Of a stretch of DNA of 64,000 nt, positions 9,478-18,279 are shown piece after piece. The notes below the pieces were generated by a model. It saw only the letters and a program-made list of their open reading frames with translations. It was not told the origin of the DNA and ran no database searches. Made by a program: the position numbers and the translations under genes. Position 1 is the first letter of the stretch. The number at the start of each line of letters is the position of its first letter. Origin of the DNA: Candidatus Lustribacter sp. (GTDB lineage Bacteria; Vulcanimicrobiota; Vulcanimicrobiia; Vulcanimicrobiales; Vulcanimicrobiaceae); the NCBI GenBank assembly GCA_965277805.1, contig OZ255842.1, positions 3,968,001 to 4,032,000 of the forward strand, read 5' to 3'.

Positions 9478-9648
9478 TTACGAGTGACGCCGGTCTTTGG
9501 ATCCACGGTCGACGCGTCGCCGATCGACCGCGCTGCGGGGCACGTAGGCGCGACGCAGTGCGCGATCTCGCATCCGTACCGATGCGACACGCCATGCGAG
9601 CGAGCAAAGCACAACAACCGTCCCAATCGCTAACAGCGTGAAAAACAT
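9478..9648 (-). CDS. Small (56 aa) single-TM membrane protein with Arg/Asp-rich tail
   Basis: Below the ORF-track cutoff; read manually: MFFTLLAIGTVVVLCSLAWRVASVRMRDRALRRAYVPRSAVDRRRVDRGSKDRRHS*. Confidence 0.5.
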   Translation of the reverse strand: MFFTLLAIGTVVVLCSLAWRVASVRMRDRALRRAYVPRSAVDRRRVDRGSKDRRHS

Positions 9649-9917
9649 GCACGTGAGAGCTTTAGCCGGGCCCCATGTGATCGACTTGTTCGAGTCGAAG
9701 CCGAATGAATCCGGCAGTTTTCGGCAGCCTCGTTAAGTCAGACTTAAATTCGTGACCGACCACCGGCATCTGCGTCGTTCGGCCGTGTATATGGCACGGT
9801 CGATTGATCCTTAGGCGACCATCGGCTGCGATCAACGACAATGGCCCTTCTGCGGACCGCTGTGAGGCGACAGGACCAGCGGGGCTTTGGAGGTTTCCTC
9901 GCGCAAACGTATCCGCC

Positions 9918-10700
9918 ATGGATATGGCCATCCGCCGCGCGGTGAAGGCGCTGACACTCGGAGGCGACGCCGAGCGTCATTTCGATTTAGCTGCGAGGCG
10001 CATAGAAGAGTCCTTACTGGCAGTTCATGTCCCAACGATTCCGGGCTTCGACCTTGGAATCCACGCCGAGCCTGCGCGCCTAGTTGGCGGCGATTATATT
10101 GATCTTTACAAGGTGGATGCCGCGTCAATTGTCTTCGGCTTGGGCGATGCGTCCGGAAAGTCATTGGCAGCAGCCTTGACGGCTCTTATGTTGCGCTATT
10201 TGGTGCGCGGCCTAGTTACGGCAATTGGGACGGCAAATCTCGCACAACACCTCGCGCATATCAACCATGTCGTTTCAGAAGATTTAACGGACGGGGCCTT
10301 TATCACGTTTATCATCGGTGAGCTGAATGGAACGACCGGTAATATGCGCGTAGCGAACGCAGGACACGAGCCGCCTCTAACGCTGCGCGCCGACTCGGAG
10401 GCCGTCGGTACGATTGATGCTGCCGGCATTGTGCTCGGCGTCGATTCAAAGGCGACGTTTTCCGAAGTTCACTGCGACCTTGCGCCGGGCGACCTTGTCG
10501 TGATTTATACGGACGGCCTTACAGAGGCCACAAATAGCCGCGGAGAAATGTATACGATCGAGCGTCTGTCTGAGGATATCTTGCGAAATCGTTCACTTGG
10601 CGCAGCCGCACTCGCAGATACGGTATTTGCCACGGTTCAGGAGTTCGCGACCGGCGAGCTAAAAGATGATGCCACGATTCTTGCCATAAAACGTCTCTAG
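9918..10700 (+). CDS. PP2C/SpoIIE (RsbU-like) Ser/Thr phosphatase without a sensor domain
   Basis: GGDYID, LGDASGK, NAGHEPP, YTDGLTEA, DDATI motifs; start re-called at ATG 9918 (uncertain). Confidence 0.88.
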   Translation: MDMAIRRAVKALTLGGDAERHFDLAARRIEESLLAVHVPTIPGFDLGIHAEPARLVGGDYIDLYKVDAASIVFGLGDASGKSLAAALTALMLRYLVRGLVTAIGTANLAQHLAHINHVVSEDLTDGAFITFIIGELNGTTGNMRVANAGHEPPLTLRADSEAVGTIDAAGIVLGVDSKATFSEVHCDLAPGDLVVIYTDGLTEATNSRGEMYTIERLSEDILRNRSLGAAALADTVFATVQEFATGELKDDATILAIKRL

Positions 10701-10765
10701 TTCGCCGCCGCCGATTCGAACGCGTGTTCGCTCTTATTATCTCGGCGACGGCCGAACTTTTTTAG

Positions 10766-12541
10766 ATGAAACGCATTGACTGCCGGCGTGCCGTAGCGTG
10801 CGCGGCGGTACTCGGACTGGCCGGCTGCGGCGGCGGCGGTGGTGGGGCCATATCGCCGCCGGCTGACACGGCAGCGGCGAGCCCGGCCCCATCCGTGAAA
10901 TCGGTCACCGCGTCGGTGACCTTGCGGATCGCGCTCCCCACAAAGACGGCCTCGGCGCGGGTACGCACGCCGGCATACGTCTCGCCCGCCACGAAGTCGA
11001 TGTCGATCGCGGTCAACGGGGCGTCACCCGCCGACTTTGATCTCACGACCGGTTCGCCGAATTGCGTGACCGGGCCGGCGCCGGCGTGCAGCGCGACGGT
11101 CGCCGCACCGGCCGGCAACGATACGTTGGTCGTCACGCTCTACGACGGCGCGGGCGCCACGGGCAACGTGCTGGCAACGAAGACGCTCGCGCAGACAATA
11201 GCTGCTAACAGCACGAACACGATTTCACTGGTATTGAACGGCGTCGTCAGCAGCATCAGCGTCAGTCCCGCGGCCCAAACCGTGCCGGCGGGAGTCGCAA
11301 CGTCGCTGCCCGTCGTCGTCAACGCGTACGACGCGCAGAACAACATCATCGTCGGGCCGGGCAACTACGCCGATGCGAACGGAAACCCGCTCACGATCAC
11401 CCTCGCCGCGACGCAGACGACGCCCACGGTGCAAACGCCGTATACGGCAGGCTCGGCAACGCTCAGCGCAACCACGCTGACCGGTCCGTCGACGGCGTTG
11501 ACGATAACCTACGACGGAAATGCCTTGCTCTCGACGCAGTTTACCGCAACCGTGAGCGGCGGCGCCGGCATCGCACCGGCGGCGGCAACCCTCAACGTGA
11601 CGCCGGCAATATACGAATACGCGACGTCTGTTGCCAATAGCGGACCGTATTCGCTCGCCGTGGGCGTGGACAAACAGATCTGGGTAACGCTCTTCGGTAT
11701 TAGCGGCGTCGAGCATTTCGCACCGCCCGCGCCCGGCACGACGTCGCTCAACGCAACGACGTTCGCCATGCCGGATACGAGCAACCAGTATGCGCTTGGG
11801 ATCGCGCCGGGCTCCGACGGGAACATGTGGATCGCATCGTGGGGGAGCGAGATCTTCGTCTGCTCGGTCCTCGGCAGCTGCTCTATCATCAATGTGTTCG
11901 AAGCGGATCACCCGGAGTACGTCATCGACGGCGGCGATGGAAACATGTATGTGAACCAGTCGTATTACACGGGCCCGTATCGATATGGCATTTCTTCGCG
12001 GTCATTTATCCAAGACTTCGGTGACATCGGCGGCGGACACCGGCAGAGCATTGGTCCCGACGGGCGCGTGTGGTCGGCCGGCGGCCAAGGCGGCTGTTGC
12101 TATACGCCGTATATCGTCGCGCTCCCGACGCTGACGTCGGCCAATCAAAGCATCACGGAAGTCAACATGGGGAACGACACGACCAACGCCGCGACCGGGC
12201 CGGACGGCAATATCTGGTACGTGCAAAGCTCCGCGGGAATCGTCGGTCACATGACGAGCCTAACGTCGACATCGCTCACGGGCGTTGCCATCGGCGTTCC
12301 GTCGGGCCCGGCGGGTGGGCTGCGCGGACTCACGGCCGGCCCCGACGGCAACATGTATTTTACCGAACCCACGGCGAACAACGTCGGACGCGTGCTGATC
12401 AATGCGACGACGGCTGCCGGCATTACCGAATATCCGGTACCGAGCGCGAACGCCGGCTTGATCGATATCATCGCGGGACCCGACGGCAACATCTGGTTCG
12501 TCGAAAGCGCGACAAGCCGGATCGGAAAACTCGCGCTTTAG
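10766..12541 (+). CDS. Secreted lipoprotein with Ig-like region and Vgb-lyase-like beta-propeller repeats
   Basis: Lipobox LAGC followed by a Gly linker; repeated GPDGNIW/GPDGNMY blades; Thr/Ala-rich beta region. Confidence 0.8.
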   Translation: MKRIDCRRAVACAAVLGLAGCGGGGGGAISPPADTAAASPAPSVKSVTASVTLRIALPTKTASARVRTPAYVSPATKSMSIAVNGASPADFDLTTGSPNCVTGPAPACSATVAAPAGNDTLVVTLYDGAGATGNVLATKTLAQTIAANSTNTISLVLNGVVSSISVSPAAQTVPAGVATSLPVVVNAYDAQNNIIVGPGNYADANGNPLTITLAATQTTPTVQTPYTAGSATLSATTLTGPSTALTITYDGNALLSTQFTATVSGGAGIAPAAATLNVTPAIYEYATSVANSGPYSLAVGVDKQIWVTLFGISGVEHFAPPAPGTTSLNATTFAMPDTSNQYALGIAPGSDGNMWIASWGSEIFVCSVLGSCSIINVFEADHPEYVIDGGDGNMYVNQSYYTGPYRYGISSRSFIQDFGDIGGGHRQSIGPDGRVWSAGGQGGCCYTPYIVALPTLTSANQSITEVNMGNDTTNAATGPDGNIWYVQSSAGIVGHMTSLTSTSLTGVAIGVPSGPAGGLRGLTAGPDGNMYFTEPTANNVGRVLINATTAAGITEYPVPSANAGLIDIIAGPDGNIWFVESATSRIGKLAL

Positions 12542-12568
12542 CGCGGTCGAAAACCAAGGAGCAGCTTT

Positions 12569-13693
12569 TTGATATCCGACAACCCTGCAGATCAGCGCTT
12601 GCGCAACGCGATGTACAACCGGAACGCGCTGAAGCTCGGGCTGTTCGCTGCGAACTGTTCGTCGGGCAATGCGGCCACCAAAGTGCCCGAGCGCTGGGAT
12701 GCGTCGTGGGAACACAACGTCGCGCTCGCGCGTTTAGCCGACGCGGCCGGCATCGACTTCTTCTTGCCGATCGCGCGCTGGAAAGGCTATCCCGGCGAGT
12801 CGAACTTCCAAGGGGCATCGTTTGAAACGATCACCTGGGCTTGCGGTCTGCTCGCCGCAACGGAACGACTGACGGTTTTCGGCACCGTGCACGCACCGCT
12901 CGTCAATCCCGTCTTTGCCGCGAAGCAGATGGTGACGGCCGATCACATCGGCAGCGGACGCTTCGGACTGAACATCGTGTGCGGCTCGAACGAGGACGAG
13001 TTTGCGATGTTCGGTGAAGCGCCCCTCGCCCACGACGAGCGCTACGAGCTCGGTGCCGAGTGGATCTCCGTCATCTCGCAGCTCTGGGAACGCGACGAAG
13101 ACTTCGACTTCCACGGCGCGCACTTCCAACTGCGCGGCCTGCACGGTGAACCGAAACCGTACAACGGGACCCGGCCACTGATCATGAACGCCGGGTCGTC
13201 CCCGGCCGGGCAAGACTTCGCGCTCCACCATGCCGACTTTCTCTTCCGGGGCTTGCGCTCGATCGAGCAAGGCGCACAAGACGTCGCAGCGGCGCGCTCG
13301 AGCGCCCGCGCGATCGGTCGCGACGTCGGCTGTTTCAGCGCCGCGCACGTGCTCTGCCGCCCCACGATGCGGGAAGCCGAAGAGTATCTGCACTATTACG
13401 CCGAGGAGAACGGTGACTGGACCGCAGTCGATCACATCGTCGAGATGGGCGGCCGCAACTCGGCATCGCTCGATCCGGAAATGTACCGGCGCCTGCGCAT
13501 TCGCTTTGCCGCGGGCCACGGCGGTTATCCGCTCGTCGGCACGCCCGACCACATCGCCGATGAAATGGCGAAGATTTCGCACGCGGGGTTCACCGGACTC
13601 GCGTTGTCGTTCGTCGATTATCTCAACGAGTTCCCGTACTTCCGTGATGAAGTGCTGCCGCGCCTCGAGCGCTTAGGAGTCCGCGAACCATGA
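12569..13693 (+). CDS. Luciferase-like (LLM) flavin-dependent monooxygenase, RutA/SfnG-like
   Basis: LPIARWKGY, ETITWACGLLAAT, AAKQMVTADHIGSGRFGLNIV, NAGSSPAGQDFA, LVGTPDHIAD. Start may be ATG 12611. Confidence 0.9.
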   Translation: MISDNPADQRLRNAMYNRNALKLGLFAANCSSGNAATKVPERWDASWEHNVALARLADAAGIDFFLPIARWKGYPGESNFQGASFETITWACGLLAATERLTVFGTVHAPLVNPVFAAKQMVTADHIGSGRFGLNIVCGSNEDEFAMFGEAPLAHDERYELGAEWISVISQLWERDEDFDFHGAHFQLRGLHGEPKPYNGTRPLIMNAGSSPAGQDFALHHADFLFRGLRSIEQGAQDVAAARSSARAIGRDVGCFSAAHVLCRPTMREAEEYLHYYAEENGDWTAVDHIVEMGGRNSASLDPEMYRRLRIRFAAGHGGYPLVGTPDHIADEMAKISHAGFTGLALSFVDYLNEFPYFRDEVLPRLERLGVREP

Positions 13694-14625
13694 ACCGTCG
13701 TAGCTATCTCGCCGGAGCCGCAGCCGTCTCGACCGCCGCGCTGTTCCCGAACATCATCGGCGCGCAGACGAATGCCGTGCGCATCGCGTCGGCATATAAC
13801 GACGCCTACGCCCTCTCGTACTTCGCCCGCGATGCCGGCTTTTTCAAACAGGCCGGGATCGATGTCGATATTCAGCTCTTCCCGAACACGCAGGTCGCGC
13901 TGCAAGCCGTCGCCACCGGCTCGCTCGACGTCGCGGTGGCGGACGCCGTGCAGATCGGCAATGCCGTGAATAGCGGTGTCGAAGCCGGCTTCTTTGCGCC
14001 GTCGTCCGTCTACACGAGCGCCGTGCCGACGACGCTGATCTGCGTCGCGAAAGACGGTCCGGTCAAGACGGCCAAAGATCTCGAAGGCCGTACGGTCGGC
14101 GTCGTCGCGCTGCACTCGCTGATGTGTGTCGGCCTCGAGGAATATCTGCGCCAAAACGGCGCCGACAATACGAAGGTCAAGCAGGTCGAACTGAACTTTC
14201 CGGTCATGGAGGCGGCCGTCGTGCGCGGCACCGTCGACGCGGTGATCCTGGCCGAACCGTTCATCAGTGCCGCCGCTGCCGACACCCGCGTTCTCGGCGA
14301 TCCACTCGGCGCCATCGCGAAGAATTTTCTGTTGAGCGGACAAGTCGCCATGCGAAAGTGGGTCTCGGACAATCGCGATTTAGCAGCCAAACTTGCAAAA
14401 GTCTATGCGCAGACGGCCGCGTGGGCCAACGACCATCACGATGAGACGGCGAACTTTCTGGCCACCTACTCGAACGTTCCGGCGGCAAGGATCCGCGCGA
14501 TCCGCCGCGCGACGTTCGGCTCGTCGCTCACGGCACCCGCGGTGCAGCCGGTACTCGACATGGCCTTCAAGTATGGTTCCTTACAGAAGGCCGTGCGCGC
14601 TCAAAGTGCGCTGATTAGCGTCTGA
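13690..14625 (+). CDS. ABC substrate-binding protein, SsuA/NMT1 family, Tat signal
   Basis: MNRRSYL signal; GFFKQAGIDV, KDLEGRTVGV, GTVDAVILAEP. Confidence 0.88.
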   Translation: MNRRSYLAGAAAVSTAALFPNIIGAQTNAVRIASAYNDAYALSYFARDAGFFKQAGIDVDIQLFPNTQVALQAVATGSLDVAVADAVQIGNAVNSGVEAGFFAPSSVYTSAVPTTLICVAKDGPVKTAKDLEGRTVGVVALHSLMCVGLEEYLRQNGADNTKVKQVELNFPVMEAAVVRGTVDAVILAEPFISAAAADTRVLGDPLGAIAKNFLLSGQVAMRKWVSDNRDLAAKLAKVYAQTAAWANDHHDETANFLATYSNVPAARIRAIRRATFGSSLTAPAVQPVLDMAFKYGSLQKAVRAQSALISV

Positions 14626-15277
14626 GCGCAGCCGATAAAGCCGGCCGCAGTGCTTCGCGCAAGAGTGCGTAGCCTGCATCGGACGGGTGAAAGCGATCGT
14701 GCGAAAAGAAGCGCGAGTCGCGGCCGATGCGCCGTTTGGTGAGATCGAAGAAATCGACGAAGCGCGCGCCGGCCGCTCGCGCGCCGGCGCGGACGGCCGC
14801 ATCGTCCGCGGCCGAACGCCGCCCGATCAGCGCGGGCTCGTCGGCAAAGAGCGGGCTCACCGCGACATCGGGAACGCCGCAGCAGATGATGCGCGCGCGC
14901 GGAGCCGCGTCGCCGATCGTCCGGCACAAAACGCGGTATGTCGCGGCGAAGACGGCGGGCGGGGTGCCACGAACCACGTCGTTACCGCCCACGCAAACGA
15001 TGACTACGTCCGGATGGGTCGAGGCCACGCGCGGCGCCTGTAAGCGCAAGACGTCGGCGGCGGTGCTGCCGCCGATCGCGAAGTTGTCGAGCTCGGCACC
15101 GGGATGATCGCGTAAGATGTCGCGAAACAGCGGGAAGATGAAGCCGCCGTCCGGTCGCGACGCGCCGGTTGCCAAGGCGAGTGAATCGCCGAGGACGAGG
15201 ATCCGCAGCGCACCGGTAGGGTGGTAAGCGGCGGCCGGGGCCGCGGCCACCAGCGCCAAAAAGGCGCTACGATCCAT
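14615..15277 (-). CDS. SGNH/GDSL hydrolase, exported
   Basis: LGDSL, GGND, DRFHP blocks; N-terminal signal-like segment. Confidence 0.9.
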   Translation of the reverse strand: MDRSAFLALVAAAPAAAYHPTGALRILVLGDSLALATGASRPDGGFIFPLFRDILRDHPGAELDNFAIGGSTAADVLRLQAPRVASTHPDVVIVCVGGNDVVRGTPPAVFAATYRVLCRTIGDAAPRARIICCGVPDVAVSPLFADEPALIGRRSAADDAAVRAGARAAGARFVDFFDLTKRRIGRDSRFFSHDRFHPSDAGYALLREALRPALSAALRR

Positions 15278-15950
15278 CGCTGACGATCTGCCCGTCGGCG
15301 AGCCGGATGACGCGCCGCGCGCGCCGCTCGACGGCGGCGCTGTGCGTCACGACGACGATCGTCTGGCCGCGTGCATTCAGCCCGTCGAACAAATCGAGGA
15401 TGGCACCGGCCGTGCGCGAATCCAGTTCGCCGGTCGGCTCGTCCGCGAGCAGTAACGCCGGTTCGTTCACGAGCGCCCGCGCGATCGCGACGCGCTGTTG
15501 CTGGCCGCCCGACAATTCGCTCGGACGATGGCGCAAACGGTCGCCGAGGCCGAGATCGCGCAGAACTTGCTGCGCCCGCACCGCAGCCTCAGCGGGATCG
15601 CGCCGTGCGTAGCGCGCGGCGAGCAGCACGTTGTCGACGGCGTTGAGCGTCGGGATCAGGTTGAAGCCCTGGAAAACGAAGCCGATCTTCTGCGCGCGAA
15701 TGTGCGCGAGTTCGCGTCGCGATGCCCGGTCGAGCGCTTGACCGTCGACGACGATCGAGCCGCTCGTTGGACGGTCGAGTCCGCCCAGAAGGTGCATGAT
15801 CGTCGTTTTTCCGCTGCCGCTTTCACCGACGATCGCCACGTACTCGCCGCGCGCGATCGTCAGGCTCACATCGTCGAGCGCACGGACGCTCGCCATCTTC
15901 GATGAGGCATAAACCTTGCTCACCGACGCGGCGCGGACCAGGGGCTCCAT
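15267..15950 (-). CDS. ABC ATP-binding protein (LolD/MacB-like)
   Basis: GESGSGKTT, GFVFQGFNL, LSGGQQQRVAIARAL, LLADEPTGELD. Confidence 0.95.
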   Translation of the reverse strand: MEPLVRAASVSKVYASSKMASVRALDDVSLTIARGEYVAIVGESGSGKTTIMHLLGGLDRPTSGSIVVDGQALDRASRRELAHIRAQKIGFVFQGFNLIPTLNAVDNVLLAARYARRDPAEAAVRAQQVLRDLGLGDRLRHRPSELSGGQQQRVAIARALVNEPALLLADEPTGELDSRTAGAILDLFDGLNARGQTIVVVTHSAAVERRARRVIRLADGQIVSDGS

Positions 15951-17123
15951 CTACGCCCGGCCCAACGCGTCGGTGGGCACGAGCCGCGCCGCGCCGAGCG
16001 CCGGGATGAGGCCCGCCGCAACGCTGAGGACGATCGCAAACGCGAACGCACCGGCCACGACGCGGGGCGACAGCGCAAACAACTCGACCGACCCGGAGAC
16101 GGCGCTGTGCGCGTCGACGTATGCCACGACCGCCGCACCGCCGAGGATGCCGAGGATGCCGCCGAATGCTCCGATCGCCGCGGCTTCGATGAGGAACTCG
16201 CCCAGCACGTCGGCGTCGGTGGCGCCGATCGCTTTGCGGATGCCGATTTCGCGCGTTCGCTCAGCGACCGCGATCGTCATCGTGTTGACGATCGAGAACC
16301 CGGCAATCAACAGCGCGATCAGCGCCGCACCGAACACGATCGTATCGAAGATCCGGATCGTCGCGCTCACGCTTTGCGCGACGTCGACCGGGTCGCGCGC
16401 CGCCAGCCCATCGATCGTATTGATGCGGCCGACGAGCGTCTCCACGTCGGTGCCGGGCCGCGGGACGACGAGGAATGCCGTAATGCCGTTCGACGGCACC
16501 GATGCGATGCTCGGCGGCACGCTTTGCGCGAGCAGCGCTTGCGCATCCGCGAACGGCACGACGACCGCTGCATCGTACACCGTGAACGACTTCGCATACA
16601 CGCCGGCGACGGTATAGGAGTTCCCGTAGAGCGAGATGACGTCGCCCGGCTGCACCTGAGCCGCGGCGGCAAAATCGGCGCCGACCACGGCAACGCGGCG
16701 GTCGCCGACACGCAAATCGCGGCCCCCACCGACGGTCAACGTCGCCGACGCGAGCGCCCGCGCCGCATCCGGCAAGCCGAAGATCAGCGAGGGCGGTCCG
16801 AAACGTCCCGTTTCACCCGCATCGGCGGCATACGGTAAGACGACCTCGGGGACGACGTTCGCGACCCCGGGCAACCGCTGCAATGCCGGTCCGTCGCGTC
16901 GCACCGTCGCGCCGTCGCCCGCGATCAGCACCCGGCGCTCGACCACGGCGAAGATCGTGCCCGCATTCACGGCGGTCGAACGCGCGACGATTTCGGCCAG
17001 CCGCTCCGCCAGCGAGCCGACGACCACGAGCGCAAGGATGCCGATGGCGATGCCCGCGACGGTAAGCACGGTGCGCGTTGCACGTCCGTACATGTGAAGC
17101 AAGGCATCCCGGATCGCGCGCAC
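15951..17123 (-). CDS. MacB/FtsX-family (type VII) ABC permease
   Basis: RTVLTVAGIAIG, periplasmic domain, NTMTIAVAERTREIGIRKAIGA, AARLVPTDAL. Confidence 0.92.
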   Translation of the reverse strand: MRAIRDALLHMYGRATRTVLTVAGIAIGILALVVVGSLAERLAEIVARSTAVNAGTIFAVVERRVLIAGDGATVRRDGPALQRLPGVANVVPEVVLPYAADAGETGRFGPPSLIFGLPDAARALASATLTVGGGRDLRVGDRRVAVVGADFAAAAQVQPGDVISLYGNSYTVAGVYAKSFTVYDAAVVVPFADAQALLAQSVPPSIASVPSNGITAFLVVPRPGTDVETLVGRINTIDGLAARDPVDVAQSVSATIRIFDTIVFGAALIALLIAGFSIVNTMTIAVAERTREIGIRKAIGATDADVLGEFLIEAAAIGAFGGILGILGGAAVVAYVDAHSAVSGSVELFALSPRVVAGAFAFAIVLSVAAGLIPALGAARLVPTDALGRA

Positions 17124-17159
17124 TTTCGCTGGTACCCGTTACGGCACCAGGAGTTCCAC

Positions 17160-18266
17160 TTACGCGAGGTGCTCGACGAAAAAGGCGCGCGCGACGTCGA
17201 AGCAATTGGCACGATCGACGCGCGTGCGCTCGGGGCCGCCCTTGGGATGTTCGCGAACGTCCATGCGGAACGGACCGGCCAATTCATCGAGATTCGTGCG
17301 ATTGAAGAACGTGTGCGGCAGACCGTCGACGAGCCGCAGCGTCACGTCGTTGTTCGCTTTGGCCAGCGCCTCGTACATGAGCACGCTCTGCGTGTGCGGC
17401 ACGGAGTTGTCGGCGAGGCCGTGCATCAGCAGAAACGGCGGCGCATTGCCCGACACGTAGGTCAACGGACTGGCGGCGCGGGACTTCTCCGGCACGCTTT
17501 GGATCGGCGCGCCGACGAGCCTCGATTCATTGGATTGGGGATCGTCGTGCGGCGGATCCGCATCTCCGATGCCGGTGCCGCGCGGCCGGCCGGGCGGGAG
17601 TACCGTACCGGGTTCGACGACGACGCCCCCAACGAGCGGTGGCGCGTGTACTAACCCTGCCGCCAGCGGCTGCAGCGTCGCCTTCTCGGCTTCCGTCTCC
17701 GCGTCCATGACGAGTAGCGAACTCGGGCCATAGGCGTCGAGCACGCACTGCACGGTGCTCGCGTAGCTGAGATTGCCGCTGCCTTCGAACATTCCGCGCG
17801 GCGACAGCGCCGCAATGCCCGACAGCAATCCACCCGCCGAGGTGCCCCACAGGCCGATGCGATCGGGATTCAGTCCATGTTCGCTCGCATGAGCGCGTAG
17901 CCAGCGGAGCGACGTTTTCACGTCTTCCGCATTGGCGGGGAACGCGACGCCCGGCGCGGTGAGGCGATATTCGATCGACGCGATCGCAAAGCCGTCGCGC
18001 GCGAAGAAGCGCTTGAAGTCGGGACCCGTCGCACGGTTTCCGCCCGACCATCCACCGCCGTGAATGAAGACGATCACCGGCAACGGCTTCTTCGCGCCTT
18101 GCGGCAGAAAGAGATCGAGCAGCAGATCGTTCCCGCCGGGGCTTGCGTAGGCGAAGGTGTTTTTCGTCACGCCGGTCGTCTGTGCGAAAGCCGCTCCGGG
18201 CCACGTGAGCTGCGTAGCGGCGGCGGCCGCGGACGTGCCGATGATGAATGCGCGTCTCGTTATCAC
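17160..18266 (-). CDS. Tat-exported alpha/beta hydrolase (HSL-like esterase)
   Basis: MITRRAFI signal; HGGGW, GTSAGG, HGLADNSVP, GLPH. Confidence 0.88.
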   Translation of the reverse strand: MITRRAFIIGTSAAAAATQLTWPGAAFAQTTGVTKNTFAYASPGGNDLLLDLFLPQGAKKPLPVIVFIHGGGWSGGNRATGPDFKRFFARDGFAIASIEYRLTAPGVAFPANAEDVKTSLRWLRAHASEHGLNPDRIGLWGTSAGGLLSGIAALSPRGMFEGSGNLSYASTVQCVLDAYGPSSLLVMDAETEAEKATLQPLAAGLVHAPPLVGGVVVEPGTVLPPGRPRGTGIGDADPPHDDPQSNESRLVGAPIQSVPEKSRAASPLTYVSGNAPPFLLMHGLADNSVPHTQSVLMYEALAKANNDVTLRLVDGLPHTFFNRTNLDELAGPFRMDVREHPKGGPERTRVDRANCFDVARAFFVEHLA

Positions 18267-18279
18267 GTCGTGCGTTCGT

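Noticed and set aside
9273-9641. 122-aa plus-strand ORF upstream of mraZ
   Set aside because: No motif or RBS, and it conflicts with the more protein-like 56-aa minus-strand ORF and the dcw promoter region.
10828-10848. GGC/GGT trinucleotide run
   Set aside because: It encodes the Gly linker after the lipoprotein Cys and is not a contingency repeat.
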